Assembly: GCA_964485575.1 (NCBI GenBank)
Contig: CAZAJO010000002.1
Location: 23,230 to 87,229 of the forward strand
Origin: an uncultured Gammaproteobacteria bacterium
GTDB lineage: Bacteria > Patescibacteriota > Microgenomatia > Levybacterales > GWA1-39-11
Length of the DNA stretch: 64,000 nucleotides
Reading direction: 5' to 3'
Shown one piece after another: positions 57,929 to 64,000 of the stretch (within the stretch, counting starts at the first letter, position 1; every line of letters begins with the position of its first letter). The position numbers and the translations under genes are program-made. Under the pieces are notes generated by a model. The model was given only the letters and a program-made list of their open reading frames with translations, did no database searches and was not told where the DNA came from.

Positions 57929-59461
57929 TTAATCCAAAGCGCTAATTTGTCCTTTTGAAAAATTTAATACTTCCTTCTCATGTACGTGCAATTCGTAAAC
58001 CTGCTGATTTCCACGAAGGAAAAGTTCTTTAGCATCAAGCTTTCCAAAAACTAATTTCTTGTTATTATTGTAAAAAAGAACATGTCTAACCCCTCTCGGG
58101 ATAACAAACTTATGAACCTCATTTATTGTTTTTACATAGTGCCAATTTTGAGAGGAGTGCACAATATTTGCATGAGGCTTATCGTTGGTATCAATCGCTC
58201 CAAAAGAATAGACTTTAAAACTTTTTAATTGATATGAAACTGCTCGAAAAATCTCCGGGTCTACAATGATGATTGTTTCATCAGGTTTATACTTTTTGTA
58301 AACGAATTCTTGAAGAGAGGACATGCGCATATTATTTTTTACAATCTCAGAATAATGGAATGATTGCGAAACGTATGGCATAACATTTTGTGGGTCACGG
58401 TCACGAAAAAAAGTAATTAAGTTTGCAACAACTATAATCAAAACTAGAAATAACGCTTTCTTGCGAAAGATGCTCCTTAGCAAATAGCTGCATAGAAGAA
58501 TGCTTGCAGAGAGGTAAGCCATCTGATGTGCAGCATGATCGCTTCTAACAAAAACGTTGAACAACAACGAAGGGGTAATCCAAAAAATAAAAACCAGAAA
58601 ATATGGTTTCATGGTTGTGCCTAATAACTTTTTTGGGCTAGCTATCAACCCAAAATGTTTTACCAATGCGAGCATGAGTATGCTTGCAAATCCACAAGTA
58701 AGGTATAGTCCTTTAATAATGGTCGGAGCAATTTCAACTATCCTTTGTAACGAAACTTGGGCTACAGCATCATTCCTAGAAAAAAAGTAGACATAAGAAA
58801 AGTATTCACTTACCCCACCCACTGCAACAACAGTCGGAATAAGCCAACTAAATGAAAGAAAAATAAACCCGAATGTGCTTACCACCCTTTCTCTTGATTT
58901 AAGATAATACAACCCAAGTAGGTATAGGGGGGTCAGAAACATTGCATCCTGAGGTCTTATTCCAATAGCAAATGAGAAGACCAAGGCAAGTAAAAAGCCA
59001 TAATCTTTTTTTTCTTTTAGAATCCTAAATACAACAAGTGCAACGAGCGTTGCAGTGACAGGAAGGATTCCATATGGATTTGCAGTAATGCCAAAATAAA
59101 ATATCGTAGGCGCAGAAAGAAATATACTTGCAGCAATAAGACCGACAACTCTGTCAAACATTAATTTTCCTGCAATATAAAAAACTACTGCCCCTACTCC
59201 TGCAAAAAGAACGCTGACCAGTAAGATTGAGGTGTGGGGATCGGTTACGAAAAAGTTAAAGAATTTCCCTAACCCAATATACAAAGGATATCCTGGAGGG
59301 GATGGGGTTTTTTCTATGAAAGAATAATTTAAAATTGCTATCGTGTAGTCAGGACCATCCCAATGAGACTGAGCCTTCTCCAAAAATGGGATGCGCGAAA
59401 GAATACCTGTCAGAAATAGTAGCGCGTACAATAAATATGAATTCTTTTTTAGCCTTAGCAT
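57929..59461 (-). CDS. GT-C fold polytopic glycosyltransferase (ArnT/PMT-like)
   Basis: 510 aa with about 12 TM segments. The first periplasmic loop reads AQSHWDGPDYTIAILN. Confidence 0.5.
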   Translation of the reverse strand: MLRLKKNSYLLYALLFLTGILSRIPFLEKAQSHWDGPDYTIAILNYSFIEKTPSPPGYPLYIGLGKFFNFFVTDPHTSILLVSVLFAGVGAVVFYIAGKLMFDRVVGLIAASIFLSAPTIFYFGITANPYGILPVTATLVALVVFRILKEKKDYGFLLALVFSFAIGIRPQDAMFLTPLYLLGLYYLKSRERVVSTFGFIFLSFSWLIPTVVAVGGVSEYFSYVYFFSRNDAVAQVSLQRIVEIAPTIIKGLYLTCGFASILMLALVKHFGLIASPKKLLGTTMKPYFLVFIFWITPSLLFNVFVRSDHAAHQMAYLSASILLCSYLLRSIFRKKALFLVLIIVVANLITFFRDRDPQNVMPYVSQSFHYSEIVKNNMRMSSLQEFVYKKYKPDETIIIVDPEIFRAVSYQLKSFKVYSFGAIDTNDKPHANIVHSSQNWHYVKTINEVHKFVIPRGVRHVLFYNNNKKLVFGKLDAKELFLRGNQQVYELHVHEKEVLNFSKGQISALD

Positions 59462-59473
59462 CGGTTCATTATA

Positions 59474-60352
59474 TCATCGGGATATAAATTCCTTTTTGAA
59501 TTTCTTAAGATTGTCAATATTTGTGTGCAATACTTCTTTTCCAAAAAATCTCTGCGCTTTTGATGTGTCAAGCCAAGTGTATTGTCCTCTTTTTGCCTGA
59601 GTTTTCTTAAAGAAATCTTTAAAAATGACAGGCTTTACCAAATTCTTATCAATCGAAAAAACATTGGCCAAATCTACCATGAATTCGTAGTTTGAAATGA
59701 CATCACGGGAACCGATATGATAAATTCCTGTGGCTTTTTTATTAATTGCACTTTTTACACTAGCGACAGCATCATCCGAATAAGTAGGGTTAAAGTATAA
59801 ATCCGTAATTCCCTCGTGAGCTTCTTTCATTAAAAGCTTTGCAAGTGCCCTTCTTGCAAAATCGACCTTCTTTTCATAATGAGCTGAGTAAACCGATATC
59901 AATCTCAAGATAAGATTCCTGTTGCTTCCCTTAAGTACCTCCTCTTCACCATACACTTTTGTCAGGCCATAATAGTTCACAGGATTTATCTGGTCTTCCT
60001 CAAGATAGGGTCTTTCAGACATATTTCCATCAAAAACCGCGTCTGTTGAAAAATATATAAGAGGTGTTGAATTCTTGCTTGCAATTTGAGCAATTAATTT
60101 TGGTACAGAAGCGTTAAGACGAAGGGCTAACTCTTTTTCATCCTCTGCTTGGTCTTGTTTTGTAATTCCAGCGGCATATATGATGTAGTCCGCTCTATTC
60201 TTAGCAAGAAAATTTTCAATTTCAAAATCTTTAGTAAGATCTACGTCACGCCTTAAGGGCATTACTATCTCAAACGTTTCTGAAAGCAACTCAACAATCC
60301 TTGATCCTACCATACCAGATGAGCCAAAGAGAATTATTTTTGTTGATTTCAT
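59474..60352 (-). CDS. dTDP-4-dehydrorhamnose reductase-like SDR (RmlD family)
   Basis: The motif IILFGSSGMVGSRI is present. The length and motif spacing (YGLTK) fit RmlD-type reductases. Confidence 0.5.
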   Translation of the reverse strand: MKSTKIILFGSSGMVGSRIVELLSETFEIVMPLRRDVDLTKDFEIENFLAKNRADYIIYAAGITKQDQAEDEKELALRLNASVPKLIAQIASKNSTPLIYFSTDAVFDGNMSERPYLEEDQINPVNYYGLTKVYGEEEVLKGSNRNLILRLISVYSAHYEKKVDFARRALAKLLMKEAHEGITDLYFNPTYSDDAVASVKSAINKKATGIYHIGSRDVISNYEFMVDLANVFSIDKNLVKPVIFKDFFKKTQAKRGQYTWLDTSKAQRFFGKEVLHTNIDNLKKFKKEFISR

Positions 60353-60400
60353 AAAGTAAATTTACTTAAGCCCGTCAATTATATATAATGTCTCTACAAA

Positions 60401-61357
60401 ATGAAAAGGTATTTAGTGACCGGTGGCACAGGATTTATAGGGTCTGCAATCGTCAATAGACTTACAGACGAAGGCAATTTTGTAAGGGTATTTGACAATG
60501 GTTTTAGAGGATCAGGTTCAACACTTGTTGAAAATAAAAATTTAGAATTAGTTAAAGGAGATATCCGCAATCAAAAAGAAGTATCTAGTGCCTGCAAAAA
60601 TATTGATGCAATAATACACCTTGCCTATATCAATGGGACCAAATACTTTTATGAATACCCCGAGTTGGTTCTTGAAGTGGGAGTTAAAGGAATGCTGAAT
60701 GTTTTGGATGGAGCAAAGGAAAATAAAGTCAGTGAGTTATTTCTTGCCTCTAGTTCAGAAGTTTATCAATTACCCCCAATCATTCCAACCCCCGAGAACG
60801 TCCCCTTCTCAATACCTGATGCTTATAATCCAAGGTATTCTTATGCAGCTGGGAAAATCATAAGTGAACTTCTTAGCTTATATATAGGAAGAAAGATATT
60901 TAAGAAAGTTGTTATCTTCAGACCTCATAATGTGTATGGCCCAGACATGGGACATGAACATGTAATTCCGGAACTAATCACAAAAATCATAAAACTGAAT
61001 AAATCCGGAAAGGTTGATCTTCCTATACAAGGTGACGGTAAAAACACGAGAGCTTTTATTTACATTGATGATTTTGTAGATGCAGTTATGCTCTTATTGT
61101 CTAAGGGAGTGAATAATGAGACATACAATATCGGCACCGAGGAAGAAATAAACATCCTGGAATTGATCTCCTATCTGTCAAAAGTGGCTGGTGTTGATAT
61201 TAAAGTCTCAAAAACAGTACTACCAAAAGGAAGTGTTATGAGAAGATGCCCCGATACTACAAAGATCAAAAAACTTGGTTTTAGCGCAAAAACAAGTCTA
61301 AAAAAGGGTTTGCAAAAAACTTATTTATGTTACAATAAGGACCTAAACGATGAATAA
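60401..61357 (+). CDS. NAD-dependent epimerase/dehydratase (extended SDR)
   Basis: The motifs VTGGTGFIGSAIV and YAAGK (YxxxK) are present. Confidence 0.6.
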   Translation: MKRYLVTGGTGFIGSAIVNRLTDEGNFVRVFDNGFRGSGSTLVENKNLELVKGDIRNQKEVSSACKNIDAIIHLAYINGTKYFYEYPELVLEVGVKGMLNVLDGAKENKVSELFLASSSEVYQLPPIIPTPENVPFSIPDAYNPRYSYAAGKIISELLSLYIGRKIFKKVVIFRPHNVYGPDMGHEHVIPELITKIIKLNKSGKVDLPIQGDGKNTRAFIYIDDFVDAVMLLLSKGVNNETYNIGTEEEINILELISYLSKVAGVDIKVSKTVLPKGSVMRRCPDTTKIKKLGFSAKTSLKKGLQKTYLCYNKDLNDE

Positions 61358-62618
61358 AGTTAAACCAAAATTGGCGATAAACAGCGGAAAAAGTGTTGTC
61401 GTTGACAGATGCCAAAGTTGCGGTTATCAAAAACTTCATTCCATCATATTCCTTGGATATCTCCCTCCAGTTAACAATCTGATCAAAGTCGGAACAATTC
61501 CCCAAGAACAACCTAGCTATCCTGCTCAAATGCTTTACTGTAAGAAATGCCACCTCGTACAGCTTGGTCTTATCGTCGACCCAAATATTCTTTTTCCTCC
61601 CGAGTATCCCTATACAAGTAGCACCACAAAAGTGTTGAGGGATAACTTCAAACAGCTAGCCGAAGAAACAAATCAACTGATACCACTAAAAGGGGATGAT
61701 CTTGTCATAGATATCGGATCTAACGATGGTAATCTCCTCAACAATTTTAAAGAAAAGAATAAGGTTCTCGGAATAACCCCTGAAGAGATAGGTAAAATAG
61801 CTATACAAAACGGTATCCCTACCATTATCGACTACTTTACCGATAAAGTTGCTGACAAAGTCATCAAAAAATATGGAAAGGCAAAAATTATCACAGCAAC
61901 AAATGTTTTCGCCCACATTGAAGACGTGAACGAGATTATAAAAAATATCAAAAAGATTCTGGCAACTGATGGGGTATTTATTTCAGAATCTCACTATCTC
62001 CTGTCACTTATAAAAACAGTCCAATATGACACGATCTACCATGAACACCTCAGATACTACTCCCTGCACAGTCTTAAATATCTGTTGGCGATGCATGGAC
62101 TTGAAGTTTTCTATGCAAGAGAGATTCCACCACACGGTGGATCTATACGGGTCTACGCCGCAAGGGCAGGAAAGTACAAGATCAATAAGAACGTCCGTGA
62201 GATGCTGAATGTTGAAAAAAAGGTTGTCACAAGCGTCAAACAGTTTGAAGATTTCAAAGATAAGGTTGTGATGTCAAAGTTAAACCTTTATAACTTACTT
62301 AATAAAATAAAGGAGAAAGGTGGAACAATATATGGTATCGGCGCTCCTGCACGAGGGTCGACTCTTATAAGTTATGTCGGTCTGGATTCTGACATCATGC
62401 CTTGTGTTTTGGAAACAAAGGGATCTCAAAAGGTAGGTAAATACATGCCCGGAACTCTAATCCCTGTTTTTGATGAGCAAAAATTAATTTCTGATCAGCC
62501 TGAGTATGCGTTACTCTTATCTTGGCACATCACTCGGGAACTTATTCCAAAGTTAAAAGAAAAAGGATTTAAGGGAAGCTTTATTGTGCCTCTTCCAACC
62601 CCACGAATAGTTAGATGA
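61350..62618 (+). CDS. sugar C-methyltransferase (N-terminal Cys4 zinc ribbon + SAM MTase + C-terminal C-methyltransferase domain; TylCIII-like)
   Basis: The Cys pairs CQSCG...CKKCH are present. The SAM motif reads LVIDIGSNDGNLL. The architecture matches NDP-hexose C-methyltransferases. Confidence 0.55.
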   Translation: MNKVKPKLAINSGKSVVVDRCQSCGYQKLHSIIFLGYLPPVNNLIKVGTIPQEQPSYPAQMLYCKKCHLVQLGLIVDPNILFPPEYPYTSSTTKVLRDNFKQLAEETNQLIPLKGDDLVIDIGSNDGNLLNNFKEKNKVLGITPEEIGKIAIQNGIPTIIDYFTDKVADKVIKKYGKAKIITATNVFAHIEDVNEIIKNIKKILATDGVFISESHYLLSLIKTVQYDTIYHEHLRYYSLHSLKYLLAMHGLEVFYAREIPPHGGSIRVYAARAGKYKINKNVREMLNVEKKVVTSVKQFEDFKDKVVMSKLNLYNLLNKIKEKGGTIYGIGAPARGSTLISYVGLDSDIMPCVLETKGSQKVGKYMPGTLIPVFDEQKLISDQPEYALLLSWHITRELIPKLKEKGFKGSFIVPLPTPRIVR

Positions 62619-63352
62619 AACCACATTTGTTGTCTATTGTAATTCCTGTCTATAACGAGGCTGAGAATATAACGTTGACTCTTCGGAGTATTAAAAAGAA
62701 CATAAAGACCAAGCATGAAATAATTGTTGTGTACGACTCCAATAAAGACACAACGGTTCCAGTCCTCAGAAAGTTCAAAAAGAAGCAAAAAAATCTTTAT
62801 CCAACAATAAATACAATTGAGAAAGGCCCGTCTGGGGCCATAAGGACTGGCATACTTGCAGCAAAAACTCCCCTTATTCTTGTATCCATGGCTGACCTTT
62901 GTGATGATCTTACTCAAGTCGATAAAATGGTAAAACTACTTGGAAGAAAAGAGGGCATTGTGTGCCCTTCAAGATACACGAAAGGTGGACGGCAAGAACT
63001 AGATGCCCCCTTTAAAGTAGGGCTTCCCAAAGCAGCAGGTTTTTTACTTAAATTTTTTACAGGAATTCCAACCAGCGACCCAACCAACAGCTACAAACTC
63101 TATTCAAAGAAAATGCTGGATAGGTTGAATCTCAAAAGTACAATCAGCTTTAGTGTAACTCTTGAGATAGTAGTTAAGGCACATCTATTGAAAGCAAAGA
63201 TCATAGAAATACCAACGGTTTGGAAAGACAGGCAACATGGAAAAACTAATTTTCAACTGAGAAGATCAATCGTTGCTTATACACCGTGGTTTTTACTAGC
63301 ACTTTTGAGAAATAGGCTCTTTACTCTTCCGGTACCCAAAGGTTCACTTTAA
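62615..63352 (+). CDS. GT2 glycosyltransferase, Dpm1-like
   Basis: The motifs LSIVIPVYNEAEN and SMADL are present. There is a 4-nt overlap with the methyltransferase. Confidence 0.6.
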   Translation: MKPHLLSIVIPVYNEAENITLTLRSIKKNIKTKHEIIVVYDSNKDTTVPVLRKFKKKQKNLYPTINTIEKGPSGAIRTGILAAKTPLILVSMADLCDDLTQVDKMVKLLGRKEGIVCPSRYTKGGRQELDAPFKVGLPKAAGFLLKFFTGIPTSDPTNSYKLYSKKMLDRLNLKSTISFSVTLEIVVKAHLLKAKIIEIPTVWKDRQHGKTNFQLRRSIVAYTPWFLLALLRNRLFTLPVPKGSL

Positions 63353-64000
63353 TTTGTATATCTCTACGTTTTCCCTTTCCTCAAGAAACACATAATTCGT
63401 CTTTATGAAATCATAGACTTCAGGCAACCGCACCTTATTTGAAATTCCATCCACTGGCCAAGCATCCTTATCAATAAAAATATATTTTGGCTTATTTGTA
63501 GTGAGGTCTCGCACCATATCCATTCTTTTCTCCATCCGGTTTCCTATAAAGGGCAGGTCAAACTTTGTTGGATTGACTCTATCAACCAACATGTATATTG
63601 ACGGTGTATCATTGAAAAGAAAAATGTAGTCATTAACGGATGTATTTTTTGAAATGAATTTTTGGTACAAGATAATTTTTTTTGTTTGCTGTTTTGAGAT
63701 ATTGAGAAAGCCTACTTTATCAAGGTTCACAAAATGTGCGGAGAAATATGTCTTAGGATATAAGGTACTTAGTATCATTGGGTTATTAAAATATAAGATT
63801 CTTACCAGATACAACAAAAGAAGAAAGATGAATATATAAAATATTCTTGCCTTTTCTTTCACCTCAAATAATTCATTGAGAAAATACCCACTGACTATCA
63901 GATTTGCAGGTAGTGTATAGAAATAATGCCCAGACCCATGCCGGGTAAGCAAAATCGTATAGACAAGTAGTCCAAAAAAAGATATGAGCGCAAATGCATG
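63344..64000 (-). CDS. membrane protein, 5'-partial (continues past the window end); resembles the C-terminal domain of GT-C glycosyltransferases
   Basis: The track start at 63952 is a TTG. The frame stays open and hydrophobic (HAFALISFFGLLVYTI) to position 64000. Confidence 0.35.
   Translation of the reverse strand, partial: HAFALISFFGLLVYTILLTRHGSGHYFYTLPANLIVSGYFLNELFEVKEKARIFYIFIFLLLLYLVRILYFNNPMILSTLYPKTYFSAHFVNLDKVGFLNISKQQTKKIILYQKFISKNTSVNDYIFLFNDTPSIYMLVDRVNPTKFDLPFIGNRMEKRMDMVRDLTTNKPKYIFIDKDAWPVDGISNKVRLPEVYDFIKTNYVFLEERENVEIYKLK

Overview
This is a low-GC, gene-dense bacterial window of about 64 kb. Genes are small and tightly packed, SD sites are weak, and several genes use TTG or GTG starts. 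The composition, the reduced housekeeping set and the very large glycosyltransferase content are consistent with a reduced-genome (CPR/Patescibacteria-like) bacterium; this is an inference, not a database result.

Layout of the window:
- 1-7 kb, minus strand: a sugar-phosphate block made of a SIS-domain PGI/PMI, a type-II PMI-like cupin, an IMPase-family phosphatase, a phosphoglucomutase/phosphomannomutase and a short HolA-like protein, followed by a secreted TIM-barrel-like putative hydrolase.
- 7-24 kb: housekeeping genes (dus, greA, typA, rplS, pyrG, a family X DNA polymerase) and four tRNAs (Lys-TTT, Glu-TTC, Gly-CCC, Asp-GTC). Between them sit a secreted SNase-like nuclease, two ATP-grasp ligases and a 7TM membrane protein. 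One ATP-grasp is fused to a retropepsin-like protease domain, so this looks like an amidoligase peptide-modification cassette.
- 23.6-27.2 kb: LemA-HtpX and the MurT/GatD lipid-II amidation pair.
- 27.2-29.4 kb: two tandem paralogous proteins with no recognisable family. These are the most novel-looking proteins in the window.
- 29.5-37.7 kb: a truncated asparaginase-like gene, a TrpR/YerC-like regulator flanked by palindromic operators, gatCAB, a GGDEF diguanylate cyclase and dnaE.
- 37.7-43.8 kb: a complete F1Fo ATP synthase operon (a, c, b, short delta, alpha, gamma, beta, epsilon).
- 43.8-64.0 kb: a roughly 20 kb cell-envelope glycosylation island. It carries at least four GT-C type polytopic glycosyltransferases, six GT2 enzymes (five Dpm1-like), an O-antigen-ligase-like protein, two SAM methyltransferases (one a sugar C-methyltransferase with an N-terminal zinc ribbon), three SDR epimerase/reductases, a PseB/CapD-like 4,6-dehydratase and a nucleotide-sugar dehydrogenase.

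Non-coding features of note:
- A dyad-symmetric tandem repeat lies upstream of the cupin gene.
- A heptamer (AGGTTYY) microsatellite and a GC-rich island lie upstream of dus.
- The 5' 17-20 nt of tRNA-Lys and of tRNA-Gly are each repeated about 35-45 nt upstream of the tRNA.
- The tRNA-Lys intergenic region holds a possible structured RNA with mutually exclusive pairings.
- Stacked hairpins lie in the tRNA-Asp leader.
- A hairpin plus U-tract lies in the typA leader.

No CRISPR array, rRNA, integrase or transposase was recognised.
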